Assembly (NCBI GenBank): GCA_964395115.1
Contig: CAYMZX010000003.1
Location: 14,111-78,110 of the forward strand
DNA from: an uncultured Gammaproteobacteria bacterium
GTDB lineage: Bacteria; Patescibacteriota; Microgenomatia; UBA8517
DNA: 64,000 nt
Direction of reading: 5' to 3'
The notes under the pieces are model-generated. The model was not told the origin of the DNA. It saw only the letters and a list, made by a program, of their open reading frames with translations, and ran no database searches. This document shows, piece after piece, positions 18,311 through 28,133 of this stretch. The translations under genes were made by a program, and so were the position numbers. The stretch's first letter is position 1. Every line of letters starts with the position of its first letter.

Positions 18311-20435
18311 GCCAAGAAGCCCCTATCAAAGTAGGGGAGTCGAACCTTTCACGTCCTCGCTGCCAGATGGTTTCGGTGACAAAAGGCATGAGGGGATGGA
18401 GAAGTTTTAAGCTTTCTTGTAAGACATATTCTAAATTTTTCTGAGAATCTTCACGACGTTTTTTTGTTTTTTCTAGATAGTCGTCGGCAAATTTGTGCCA
18501 GATAAAATTATATATTTCTTCAGCGGCGTCATTTAGTCGATATCTTTCATAGGCCCTTGTCGTTTTCTTGATTGTTTTTTTAAGCTCTTCAATGATCCAA
18601 ATATCGTCTTTGTCTTTTTTTGCTTTTTCCCCCGCGGGTTTTGAAAATACATAACGAGCAATGTTCCACAGTTTGTTGGCAAAGTTCCGCTGGCCACGAA
18701 TATTGTCTTCGGACAAAGATATATCGTTTTCAATTAGAGCTCCCCAGATTAGCCCCATTCTTAAAGCGTCCGCTCCGTATTTCATAATCATTTCCATTGG
18801 ATCAATAACATTTCCTTTAGATTTTGAAATTTTCTGACCCTCCTTATCCCTGACAAGACCATGAATCAGTACTTTTTCGAAAGGCACCGCGCCGGTTGCA
18901 TAAAGCCCGAGCATTATCATTCTTATCACCCAAAAAGGAATAATATCGTATGCGGTTTCCATCAACGAGGTAGGATAAAAATATTTAAAGTCGTCGGTTG
19001 TGGGAATGTTGATTATTAATCTTGATTTGTCATTTTTTGTTTTTGGTTTCGAACAACTCAAAAGCGTAGCAAACGGCCATTGGCTGGAAGAAAACCAAGT
19101 ATCAAAAGTGTCTACGTCTTGGACGATTTTTTTGCCTCGGCAGTACCGGCATTCTACTGGAGTTTCTCCCTCGGTAACCGTCCACTCTAGACATTTTTGG
19201 CAACGAAAGGCGGGAATACGAATACCCCAAACAATTTGTCTGCTAATGTTCCAATCCTTAAGGTTCCTCAGCCAGTGTTTGGCAACTTTTTCAAATCTAG
19301 GAGATAGGAAAGTAACTCTTTTTTCCTTTATCGCCGCCAGTGCCCTATTGGCAAGGGGGGCAACTTTGATAAACCATTGCTTACAGATTAAAGGCTCAAT
19401 AATAGTTTTATCTCGGTAACAGACATTGACAAGGTGATGGATAGTTTCTCTCTTTAAGATTTTTCCGGCCCTTTCAAGATCATTAACGACTTCTCTACGG
19501 GCATCTGATGCCTTCAATCCGATATATTTTTTAGGTAGATTAATCATTTTTCCTTCATTATCGATTACGGTAATTATGGGCAGATTATGTTTTTTGCCAA
19601 TTTCAAAATCGGTGGCATCGTGGCCTGGGGTTATCTTGAGGGCGCCGGTTCCAAAGTCGATGTCGACAAGGGGATCGGCGATAATCGGAAGTTCTCTTTT
19701 AACTAAAGGCAGAATTGCCCTTTTGCCAATAAGGTTTTTGTATCTAGGGTCTTTGGGGTTAACGGCAATGGCAACATCGGCAAAAATTGTTTCCGGCCGG
19801 GTAGTAGCCACCTTAACCGGACCATAATCGAGATAATAAAGCAGATCGTCTTTTTCGATAATGTCTACTTCGAGCTGAGAATAAGCTGTTCCACAGCGGG
19901 GGCAATAATTGATGATTTTTTCCCCTCGATAAATAAGTCCATCGTCATAAAGTTTTTTGAAAGTCTTATAAACTATTTTTATTATATCTGGGTCCAATGT
20001 AAATTTATTTCTCGACCAGTCGCAGGAAGCACCTAGGGCGCGAAGCTGAGACTCCATATTTTTTTTGTTCTTCTGGACATATTCCCAAATCATTTGATAA
20101 AGAGACTCCCTGTTAAAATCAAAACGACTACGCCCCTCTTTTTCTAGCTTTTTCTCAAAAACATACTGGGTTTCTATCCCGGCATGGTCGGCGCCCGGAA
20201 GCCAAAGGGTCGGTTCGCCCCTCATGCGGTGATACCGAGTTATGGCGTCCTGAATTGTAACAAATCTGGCGTGGCCGATATGAAGATTGTCGTTGGCATT
20301 GGGGGGCGGCATGATCATACAAAAGGGTTTTCGTTTGGGATTCTTCTTTGGACTAAAAACCCCCGACTGCTCCCATAATTTATAAATTTCCAACCCAAAT
20401 TTTTGATGGTCGAATGTTTTGTCCATTCTAGGCAA
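18294..20435 (-). CDS. valS: Valyl-tRNA synthetase (short form lacking the C-terminal coiled coil)
   Basis: MPPPNANDNLHIGHA (HIGH motif), WLPGADHAGIETQ and KISKSKGN (KMSKS motif). 713 aa. Confidence 0.85.
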   Translation of the reverse strand: MPRMDKTFDHQKFGLEIYKLWEQSGVFSPKKNPKRKPFCMIMPPPNANDNLHIGHARFVTIQDAITRYHRMRGEPTLWLPGADHAGIETQYVFEKKLEKEGRSRFDFNRESLYQMIWEYVQKNKKNMESQLRALGASCDWSRNKFTLDPDIIKIVYKTFKKLYDDGLIYRGEKIINYCPRCGTAYSQLEVDIIEKDDLLYYLDYGPVKVATTRPETIFADVAIAVNPKDPRYKNLIGKRAILPLVKRELPIIADPLVDIDFGTGALKITPGHDATDFEIGKKHNLPIITVIDNEGKMINLPKKYIGLKASDARREVVNDLERAGKILKRETIHHLVNVCYRDKTIIEPLICKQWFIKVAPLANRALAAIKEKRVTFLSPRFEKVAKHWLRNLKDWNISRQIVWGIRIPAFRCQKCLEWTVTEGETPVECRYCRGKKIVQDVDTFDTWFSSSQWPFATLLSCSKPKTKNDKSRLIINIPTTDDFKYFYPTSLMETAYDIIPFWVIRMIMLGLYATGAVPFEKVLIHGLVRDKEGQKISKSKGNVIDPMEMIMKYGADALRMGLIWGALIENDISLSEDNIRGQRNFANKLWNIARYVFSKPAGEKAKKDKDDIWIIEELKKTIKKTTRAYERYRLNDAAEEIYNFIWHKFADDYLEKTKKRREDSQKNLEYVLQESLKLLHPLMPFVTETIWQRGRERFDSPTLIGASWPKSED

Positions 20436-20441
20436 AGTATA

Positions 20442-21473
20442 CTAGACTTGGCCGGCAATTGATAATTCGGGGTTGGTTTTGATGTTCCACCACGGAGCGG
20501 GGTGATAATTATAATATGCACAAGCCGCCACGTAGGCAGCATTATCCGTACACAGATTTGGTTCGGGAACTCTAAATTCAATTTTCAATTTAGAATTCTC
20601 GATTCTTTGCATAAAAACCTGACGCAAGCGGGAATTGGCCGAAACCCCGCCCGCGAGGAGAAGAGATTTGGGGCTGAATTTTTTAACCGCGTTCAGGGTT
20701 TTCTTCACTAAAACATCAACAATTGCTTCTTGAATCTCCGCTGCCAGCCTTTCTCTTGGAATTTTGGAGTCAGGATTTTGGACCTCTCTTAAAACGGCAG
20801 TTTTTAGACCCGAAAAACTAAAATCAAAGTTGTCTTCGTCTATCATTGGCCGGGGAAACATCTGTAATTCGTTGTCGGTCAAAGATGGTTCGCTCTGCGA
20901 CTGAACTTTAGACGCCTCGAGGGCTAGTGCTGGCCCGCCAGGATAGGGAAGGCCCAAAAGCCTGGCGGTTTTATCGAAAGCCTCGCCGGCAGCATCATCC
21001 TTCGTCCCTCCTACCCAGCGAATATGACCGTGTCGTTTTATGTACACAAGATCCGTATGTCCGCCCGAAACAACCAGGGCCAGAAGAGGAAAAACAGGTG
21101 CCGGACGGTTTAGCCAATTAGCATAAATATGAGCAAGCAAATGGTTTATGGGAATAAGCGGCTTTTTGTAGAGATAGGCAAGGACTTTAGCGGCCTCAAC
21201 GCCAACTAGTAAAGAACCCATTAGTCCCGGACCGGAGGTAACTGCAACAGCATCAATCTCCGCCATCCGGCATTTGGCGCAGGTAATGGCACCTTCAATT
21301 ACCGGCAAAATGCTTTTGACCTGTTGTCGAGCCGCGTTTTCGGGTATAATTCCTCCCGTCCCAGCGTGAGTTTCGGCCGAGGAAGCAACTACATTAGATA
21401 AGATTTTTTCTCCATTTAAAACAACCGCGGCAGCCGTTTCGTCACATGATGTCTCGATTCCTAAAATTTTCAT
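20442..21473 (-). CDS. tsaD: tRNA N6-adenosine threonylcarbamoyltransferase
   Basis: MKILGIETSCDETAAAVV and the Kae1/TsaD metal-binding blocks. Confidence 0.9.
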   Translation of the reverse strand: MKILGIETSCDETAAAVVLNGEKILSNVVASSAETHAGTGGIIPENAARQQVKSILPVIEGAITCAKCRMAEIDAVAVTSGPGLMGSLLVGVEAAKVLAYLYKKPLIPINHLLAHIYANWLNRPAPVFPLLALVVSGGHTDLVYIKRHGHIRWVGGTKDDAAGEAFDKTARLLGLPYPGGPALALEASKVQSQSEPSLTDNELQMFPRPMIDEDNFDFSFSGLKTAVLREVQNPDSKIPRERLAAEIQEAIVDVLVKKTLNAVKKFSPKSLLLAGGVSANSRLRQVFMQRIENSKLKIEFRVPEPNLCTDNAAYVAACAYYNYHPAPWWNIKTNPELSIAGQV

Positions 21474-21510
21474 CTTGTCTCTGAATTATACTATGTGAGA
21501 AACTTATATA

Positions 21511-22029
21511 ATGTTTCACAGGAAGGAAGCAGAACCATTAGTAGGAGTATTTTCAAGGGCGTGGGCCTTCGAGCCATCACTTCCAGGGGTTTGTAGGCAA
21601 GACTCGAAACTTCGTTGCGGGGTTCTTAAAACCCAACTTTCCTACGGCCTTCGAAAATTTCTTGAGTTACCCAGAAAAAGAAATTATTTAGTTAATATTG
21701 GCGTTTCTGCCCAAGACGGTAATGACGAAAGCACTGCCCAAATATTTGTTGCCACCGAGGGTGCAAGTGCCACATTTTTAGTTAGAGCAAAGAAACAAAA
21801 GAAAGAAGAGAGAATGACAACGGGGTTAATCAGGCATTTGAGGGTAGAAAGAACTTTCCGGGACGGAACCGGCGATATCGAACCTGTTGCCGAGGAACAG
21901 AAAGTCTATGTCGAAGCATTAAAATCGGTTTTGCGCCTATTAGACGACAATATCAAAAAGCTGGAACAACCATCACTTTGTCGGACCTGTCCCGCGCAAA
22001 AAAACAGCCTGCCAAGGTTGATAGTTTGA
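21511..22029 (+). other. Questionable 172-aa ORF filling a ~500-bp gap; alternatively a structured ncRNA region
   Basis: The ORF is Arg/Cys-richer and more GC-rich than its neighbours and overlaps the next gene by 57 bp. The DNA has many short hairpins. I could not confirm RNase P, tmRNA or SRP RNA motifs. Confidence 0.25.
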
Positions 22030-23757
22030 AACGAAAGCTTTTTGGAAAAGGATTTTTCCATCCCTTTCCACTTTGTAATTAAATGTTGTTTTTGCCCCCC
22101 ATGCCTTGTACTCAACTTGTTTAATTGTGCCTAACGGCAAGCTCGGATCCTCTATAAAGAGATCCTCCGGCGGGGGAACAATATCGGTAACGACCGGCTT
22201 GGAGACTGTAGCCACCCTTCCATCCTTCGAACCGTAAATTTCAAAAACTAGCGTTGCTTTTCGAGTATCGATTACTGGCTGAATCAATAGATAGCTGTCA
22301 GTGTCATTTTTAAATTTCAAGTCGGTTGTCGGAGCATAAACAGTAGCATCAATTCCCGGGGGCGAATCTTGTTCATAATATCCAACTCGATAGGAATGGG
22401 CACGCCTCTCAATTATGGGTAAGCCGGCGTTCAGAGCCGCCCGGAAGAGAGTGGTAGAAACTTGACAAACCCCACCGCCATCCCCTAGAATAGTTTTTCC
22501 GTCTTTAATAATGTAAGCCTGCTTATAACCAGTAAAAACGGAGACATCACCAAGGGTCTTATTAAAGGAAAAAATCTCCCCCGGCTTTATCAAGACGCCC
22601 TTAAATCTGGAAGAGGCTAAGTTAATGTTATAAATTCTATTGGGAATAGACCCAACAAAACGGGACGATCCTCGACCGATTAGCTCCTTAATCCCTAAAT
22701 TATTGATATCGCCCGTTTGAATTTTGGGGGCCATTTTTTCGACCGGTACATCGAAAGAAAGGATTTTCTCATCAGAGGTTTCGAGGGTTCTCAGGTTGCC
22801 GCGGATCATATCTTTCAAAAAATCTTTTTTGACGAGAAGACCATCCTTGGCCGGAATGAACTCCTTAACCCTGCCTTCTTTACCTTCCAAAGACGGTAGG
22901 AAAACAAATACAGGCTCTTGGGGTTCTCGGTTGATTTGGGACGCGATTTCCTCGACAGTAATTTCAAGTAAGGCCTCAACGTATTCATTTTTCGGATCAA
23001 GAAATTTAAATAACGAACTGTCTTTATAAACGAAAGTCTGATCTTCAAACATTATGACCAGCGACTTTCCAATAAGTTTTTTTGCTCTCGCCTCAAAAAT
23101 TTTTGCCTCCTCTTCGCTTAATGAAGGATCGATGGAGTTTAAGGGCAGAGAGATTGGACCACCGCTGGCGTAGGCAAGGGCTTTTCCAATTTCTGCTTTC
23201 AGTAGGCGAGTATTAAGCGTTATACCCGGAGATCCCACACTGACAACAATCTCTTTTCCAACAAGTTTTGCCGAAGGATAAACGGGATCAATCGTTATTT
23301 GGCCGGCAATAACCGCTACGGCTTCCTCGAGCTTTTCTTCGTCGAGATTTAATCTAATCCCCAGATTTTCGGGATAGAAAAGGAGACTTATCCTTTTCCA
23401 AAAATCATAAATAAAATTGCCAGTCCTCACAAAGTCGTGCGCATACCAAGTAGATTTGAGAAAATCATATTTGAGGTCTACCTCCTCAGTCGCCAGCTCG
23501 AAAGTTTGCCCGCCTCCGACAATCAGAATTTTTTCTGGAACAGTAATTTTTTTTGATAACTCTTCGGCAGCCGCTTGAGGATATTTTCCCGAAACTGGAA
23601 TTCCGCCAATGTAAACATTTGGGAAAATTAGCCCCCAGAAGTAAATATTATAGAAAAAAATAAGCAGCAGAAAAAATGTTGTAATTGAGTAGAAAACAAT
23701 AACGACCGATTTTTTTCTTGACTTTTTCCCCCCTAAAATATTCTTTAGTATCTTCAT
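21973..23757 (-). CDS. VanW-domain protein with an N-terminal TM anchor
   Basis: The C-terminal block GDGGGVCQVSTTLFRAALNAGLPIIERRAHS is typical of the VanW family. Confidence 0.75.
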   Translation of the reverse strand: MKILKNILGGKKSRKKSVVIVFYSITTFFLLLIFFYNIYFWGLIFPNVYIGGIPVSGKYPQAAAEELSKKITVPEKILIVGGGQTFELATEEVDLKYDFLKSTWYAHDFVRTGNFIYDFWKRISLLFYPENLGIRLNLDEEKLEEAVAVIAGQITIDPVYPSAKLVGKEIVVSVGSPGITLNTRLLKAEIGKALAYASGGPISLPLNSIDPSLSEEEAKIFEARAKKLIGKSLVIMFEDQTFVYKDSSLFKFLDPKNEYVEALLEITVEEIASQINREPQEPVFVFLPSLEGKEGRVKEFIPAKDGLLVKKDFLKDMIRGNLRTLETSDEKILSFDVPVEKMAPKIQTGDINNLGIKELIGRGSSRFVGSIPNRIYNINLASSRFKGVLIKPGEIFSFNKTLGDVSVFTGYKQAYIIKDGKTILGDGGGVCQVSTTLFRAALNAGLPIIERRAHSYRVGYYEQDSPPGIDATVYAPTTDLKFKNDTDSYLLIQPVIDTRKATLVFEIYGSKDGRVATVSKPVVTDIVPPPEDLFIEDPSLPLGTIKQVEYKAWGAKTTFNYKVERDGKILFQKAFVSNYQPWQAVFLRGTGPTK

Positions 23758-23787
23758 AAATGTATGATAACATTAACTTAGGCGCCG

Positions 23788-25212
23788 ATGGATCAAACTA
23801 ATAACTTGCCAACTTCAACTATGCCCCCGGTGGAAGCATATAGACAGACGGGAGGTCAAGAGCAAGCCGCACCTCAGCGGGTGGTAACGCCGCCCCCTCC
23901 TAAAAAAAGCACCTTAAAAAAGGTACTAATTGTTGCGGCTCTTTTTTTGGCGGTAATAATTAGCTATTTAGGGGCGAGAACAGCACTTTCAAAAATTCGG
24001 GGTGGGGGAGAGGTTAAACTCAGCTGGTGGGGACTTTGGGAAGATGAATCGGTAGTGGCCCCCTTAATTGCCGAATATCAACAAAGAAATCCAAAGGTAA
24101 AAATAACTTATATCAAACAATCCCCACAAGACTATCGAGAGCGATTGACAAATGCGCTGGCAAGAGGAGAAGGCCCCGACATTTTCAGGTTCCACAATAC
24201 TTGGGTGCCGATGTTCAGAGAAGAACTATCTTCAATCCCAGCTTCGGTAATGACCGCCAGCGAGTTTGCTCAGGTTTTTTATCCTGTGATGACTGCTGAT
24301 TTAACTAGCGGGGCGGGACTGGTTGGTATCCCTTTGATGTATGACGGCTTGACGCTTTATATCAATGAGGAAATTTTTGAAAGAAGCGGCAAGGCCCCGC
24401 CAACCACATGGGACGACTTGAGACAATTAGCTAAACAACTTACCATTAAGGACGAACAAGGGACAATCATCCAAGCGGGGATTGCCCTTGGAAGAACAGA
24501 AAATGTTGATCACTGGCCGGAGATTTTGGCGTTGATGATGCTCCAAAACGGCGTTTCGCTTTCCGATCTAACGGGAAAGTTAGCCGAAGACGCCTTGGTT
24601 TTTTTTACGCTTTTTTCCTCGATAGACGGTGTTTGGGATGCCTCCCTGCCTCCGTCAACAATTGCCTTCGCGAGCGGAAAGCTGGCAATGTATTTTGCCC
24701 CCAGCTGGAGAGTTTTTGAAATAAAGCAACAAAATCCAAATCTAAGATTTAAAACCGTTCCCCTTCCACAATTGGCCAAGGGAAGCCCCGAAGAGACGGA
24801 TATTTCGTATGCAACATATTGGGTTGAAGGAGTTTGGTCTCGCAGTAAAAATAGAGATGCCGCCTGGGAATTCTTGAAATTTATTTCGAGCAGAGAGTCT
24901 TTGGAGAAAATGTATCAGATTGCCTCAAATCAAAGATTATTTGGTGAGCCCTATCCTCGAACAGAAATGGCCTCCTTACTGGCTGACGACCTTGTTTTAG
25001 GGAGTATTATTTTTCAAGCTCCAAACGCCCAGAGTTGGTATCTTGTGTCGAGGACATTTGATGGCCCGACCGGTATAAATTCGCAAATAATCAAATATTT
25101 TGAAGATGCCATTAACGCTGTAAATAGCGGTAGCCAGGTTAATAAAGCTCTCGAAACCGCCGCCGCCGGAGTCAATCAGGTACTTTCCCAGTACGGAATT
25201 TCAGTACGCTGA
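23788..25212 (+). CDS. ABC transporter extracellular solute-binding protein (family 1, sugar-type), membrane-anchored
   Basis: N-terminal TM then the SBP_bac_1-like fold (KLSWWGLWEDESVVAPLIAEYQQRNPKVKITY...). There are no adjacent permease or ATPase genes. Confidence 0.7.
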   Translation: MDQTNNLPTSTMPPVEAYRQTGGQEQAAPQRVVTPPPPKKSTLKKVLIVAALFLAVIISYLGARTALSKIRGGGEVKLSWWGLWEDESVVAPLIAEYQQRNPKVKITYIKQSPQDYRERLTNALARGEGPDIFRFHNTWVPMFREELSSIPASVMTASEFAQVFYPVMTADLTSGAGLVGIPLMYDGLTLYINEEIFERSGKAPPTTWDDLRQLAKQLTIKDEQGTIIQAGIALGRTENVDHWPEILALMMLQNGVSLSDLTGKLAEDALVFFTLFSSIDGVWDASLPPSTIAFASGKLAMYFAPSWRVFEIKQQNPNLRFKTVPLPQLAKGSPEETDISYATYWVEGVWSRSKNRDAAWEFLKFISSRESLEKMYQIASNQRLFGEPYPRTEMASLLADDLVLGSIIFQAPNAQSWYLVSRTFDGPTGINSQIIKYFEDAINAVNSGSQVNKALETAAAGVNQVLSQYGISVR

Positions 25213-25217
25213 TTAGA

Positions 25218-26117
25218 ATGTTATTTTTCCCGAAGATTTATCCCGCTAAAAGACTCGAAAAGAAAATGCTCGCCGCAGTTTTTTATCACGATATTTTTGA
25301 TTACCCACTGACGGCTAGGGAGTTAATAAAATGGCAAGCGGGAGAGAAGATAAATATTGACAAGAAAATAATTGTTGATTCCAAAAAAGGTTTTTATTTT
25401 TTGAGAGACAGTCGGGGCCTAATTACAAAAAGGCTTTTGAGAAAAAGATTTTCCGCCCAGAAAATGAAAAAAGCCCGAAAAGCCGGGAAGATATTAAATT
25501 TCATACCAACGATAAAGATGGTTGGAGTAACCGGAGCGCTGGCGATGGAAAACGCTCCCCAAGAGGCAGATATCGACCTCCTTTTCATTACTCAAAAAGG
25601 CTTTCTTTGGACAAGCCGTCTAATAGTCCTCCTTCTTTTAAAACTGACAAGATTCCCATTGAGAAAATTTGGAGATAAACAGCAGAAAGACAAGCTTTGT
25701 CTAAATATGTGGATAGACGAAAGAGATTTAGTTTGGCCGGCTAACGACAGAAATGCCTATACTGCCCATGAAATTGCCCAAATAATCCCCTTAATAAATA
25801 GAGATAATGCCTACGAAAAGCTTATTTGGAAAAATAGGTGGATTCTAGATTATTGGCCCTCGGCCGTTAGAATACCAAAAGTAAACTTTAGAAATCAAAA
25901 ATCTAAATCAAAATCTGAAAACCCATCCAATCCTGTTTTGAAAGCATCTTTTCTGCCTATGGCGTCATTTTTGTCAAAATTGATTGAACCAGTTGCTTAT
26001 CGGTTACAATATTTGTACATGAAGAAAAAAATCACCCGCGAGGTAGTTACTCCCACGCGGGCCATTTTTCATCCATATGACTGGGGAAACATTGTTCGGT
26101 CCAGATTAACCTCTTGA
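25218..26117 (+). CDS. Hypothetical protein, possibly a nucleotidyltransferase-fold protein
   Basis: GVTGALAMENAPQEADIDLLFIT resembles a GS...DxD nucleotidyltransferase motif. This is weak evidence. Confidence 0.4.
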   Translation: MLFFPKIYPAKRLEKKMLAAVFYHDIFDYPLTARELIKWQAGEKINIDKKIIVDSKKGFYFLRDSRGLITKRLLRKRFSAQKMKKARKAGKILNFIPTIKMVGVTGALAMENAPQEADIDLLFITQKGFLWTSRLIVLLLLKLTRFPLRKFGDKQQKDKLCLNMWIDERDLVWPANDRNAYTAHEIAQIIPLINRDNAYEKLIWKNRWILDYWPSAVRIPKVNFRNQKSKSKSENPSNPVLKASFLPMASFLSKLIEPVAYRLQYLYMKKKITREVVTPTRAIFHPYDWGNIVRSRLTS

Positions 26118-26167
26118 CAGAGCAAAAACTTATAGCTAAAATAGCACTCACTGTTAGTAATTGCTAA
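26114..26167 (+). promoter_or_regulatory. groES promoter (TTGACA-17-TAAAAT) with a degenerate CIRCE-like inverted repeat
   Basis: TTGACA at 26114-26119 and TAAAAT at 26137-26142. aTAGCACTC-actgttagt-aatTGCTAA at 26141-26167, compared with the CIRCE consensus TTAGCACTC-N9-GAGTGCTAA. Confidence 0.55.
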
Positions 26168-26182
26168 CAGTTTCTTGGTTAT

Positions 26183-26494
26183 ATGTCGAGAAAAACATCA
26201 ACGAAATTAAATCTCCATCCGACTGCTGGATATCTTCTCATAGAACCTCTGGAGGCGGAAGAAAAAACCGCTGCGGGTATCTATCTTCCTGAATCAGTCA
26301 CCGAGAAACCCCAGAAAGGAAAAGTCTTATCCGTTGGACCAGAAGAAATAACAGAATCGGGTCTCAAAAGACAGCCCCCGGCGAAAAAAGGAGATGTTGT
26401 TATTTATAAAAAATGGGGGGGCAATGAAGTCAAAATCGGGAATAAGGAATATTTATTTGCTAAATTTGAGGATATTTTGGCCATTGAAAGCTAA
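26183..26494 (+). CDS. groES: Co-chaperonin GroES
   Basis: [28 protein letters not shown]...KGKVLSVGP. Confidence 0.95.
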   Translation: MSRKTSTKLNLHPTAGYLLIEPLEAEEKTAAGIYLPESVTEKPQKGKVLSVGPEEITESGLKRQPPAKKGDVVIYKKWGGNEVKIGNKEYLFAKFEDILAIES

Positions 26495-26496
26495 TT

Positions 26497-28122
26497 ATGG
26501 CAAAGCAACTTAAATTTTCAGATGAAGCAAGACAGTCCCTGATGAGGGGCATCGATAGTGTGGCCAAGGCGGTAGTAACGACTCTTGGGCCAAAGGGGAG
26601 AAATATTGCTTTGGATAAAAAATGGGGCGCTCCGAACATAGTCCATGATGGGGTATCAGTAGCTAAAGAGATCGATCTGGCCGACCCCTTCGAAAACATG
26701 GGGGCCCAGCTTGTCAAAGAAGCGGCCAGTAAGACAAACGATTCTGCGGGAGACGGAACAACAACCGCCACCCTTCTTGCCCAAGTCATGACTTCGTTGG
26801 GAATGAAAAACATTACGGCTGGTGCAAACCCGATGATTATTAAGAGAGGAATAGAAAAATCGGTGGCCGCCGTTATCGAAGAACTTAAAAAGATAGCCAA
26901 GCCCATCAAAAATAGACAGGAAATAACCCAGGTGGCAACTGTCTCGGCAGGGGATGCCGAAATTGGAGCAAAAATTGCCGAAGCACTGGATAAAGTTGGT
27001 CGTGATGGAGTGGTCACGGTTGAAGAGGGAAAAGGTCTGACTATCGATATTGAATACAAAGAAGGGATGGAGTTTGACAGGGGTTACGCCTCAGCCTATT
27101 TTGTTACCAACCCGGAGAAAATGGAAGCGGAGGTAGAAGATGCCTATATATTGTTGACGGACAAAAAGATTTCTTCGATTCAGGACCTGCTTCCCTTTTT
27201 AGAGAAATTTGTCAAGGTTTCAAAAAACCTCGTAATTATTGCCGATGAAATTGAGGGCGAAGCCCTGGCAACATTGGTTGTTAATAAACTAAGGGGTGCC
27301 TTTAATATTTTGGCAATTAAAGCTCCCGGATTTGGCGACAGGCGTAAAGAAATGCTCGAGGATATAGCTATATTGACCGGCGGCACGGTGGTTAGCGAAG
27401 ACACTGGAAGAACATTCGAATCACTTGAAGTGGAAGAGCTGGGCAAAGCAGACAAAGTCTGGGCCGATAAAGAAAACGCTAGGATAATTGGAGGAAAGGG
27501 AGAAAAGTCGGCAATCAATTCCAGAATTGCTTCGATCAAAAGACAAATAGAAGAAACCGACTCGGATTTTGATAGAGAAAAACTGGAAGAGCGCCTGGCT
27601 AAACTTTCGGGTGGGGTGGCCCAAATAAATGTGGGAGCTGCCACAGAGATCGAACTTAACGAAAAGAAAGAAAGAGTCAAGGACGCTGTCGGTGCAACCA
27701 AGGCGGCCATCGAAGAAGGAATATTACCGGGTGGAGGGGTCGCATTACTTAAAGCCAGGAAGATATTGAAAAATATGCCAGTACCGGGAGGTGCCAATAG
27801 CAAAGACGAGCAGACAGCTAGGGATATTGTCTACGAAGCTCTGGAGCAACCATTGCGCTGGTTAGCAAAAAACGCCGGCGAGGACGATGGTTATGTCCTC
27901 AAGAAAATTGAAGAAGCTACGGATGAAGATTTTGGCTTTAACGCCCTAACCGGAGAATTTGGTTCAATGACTAAATTTGGGATATTGGACCCCCTTAAAG
28001 TTACCAGAAGCGCAATTCAAAATGCTGCCTCGGTAGCGATGATGGTACTGACCACGGAGGGTCTAGTTACAGATATTCCTGAAGAAAAGAAAGAGTCTCC
28101 AGCCCCCGCACCGGAGTATTAG
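26497..28122 (+). CDS. groL: Chaperonin GroEL
   Basis: [38 protein letters not shown]..., 541 aa. Confidence 0.97.
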   Translation: MAKQLKFSDEARQSLMRGIDSVAKAVVTTLGPKGRNIALDKKWGAPNIVHDGVSVAKEIDLADPFENMGAQLVKEAASKTNDSAGDGTTTATLLAQVMTSLGMKNITAGANPMIIKRGIEKSVAAVIEELKKIAKPIKNRQEITQVATVSAGDAEIGAKIAEALDKVGRDGVVTVEEGKGLTIDIEYKEGMEFDRGYASAYFVTNPEKMEAEVEDAYILLTDKKISSIQDLLPFLEKFVKVSKNLVIIADEIEGEALATLVVNKLRGAFNILAIKAPGFGDRRKEMLEDIAILTGGTVVSEDTGRTFESLEVEELGKADKVWADKENARIIGGKGEKSAINSRIASIKRQIEETDSDFDREKLEERLAKLSGGVAQINVGAATEIELNEKKERVKDAVGATKAAIEEGILPGGGVALLKARKILKNMPVPGGANSKDEQTARDIVYEALEQPLRWLAKNAGEDDGYVLKKIEEATDEDFGFNALTGEFGSMTKFGILDPLKVTRSAIQNAASVAMMVLTTEGLVTDIPEEKKESPAPAPEY

Positions 28123-28133
28123 ACTGTCACCTA

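Noticed and set aside
20184-20581. ORFs 20184-20378 (+) and 20315-20581 (-) at the valS/tsaD junction
   Set aside because: They overlap the 5' end of valS and the 3' end of tsaD in alternate frames, and no intergenic space remains for an additional gene.
21520-21545. GGAAGGAAGCAG match to the SRP RNA domain IV 3' strand
   Set aside because: The flanking sequence cannot form the conserved GGUCC/GGAA tetraloop helix. It is probably a chance 12-mer.
21600-21660. RNase P P4-like GTAGGAAAGTTGGG (bottom strand) and tmRNA-5'-like GGGACAGGTCCGAC (bottom strand near 22000)
   Set aside because: Downstream conserved elements (CR-IV/CR-V for RNase P; the T-arm/CCA acceptor for tmRNA) could not be located at the expected distances. 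The region is left as an unresolved candidate rather than a call.
27180-27803. 207-aa minus ORF (and 26460-27059, 27421-27624) antisense to groEL
   Set aside because: groEL is unambiguous. The antisense ORFs are Ser/Leu/Ala-rich with no motifs.
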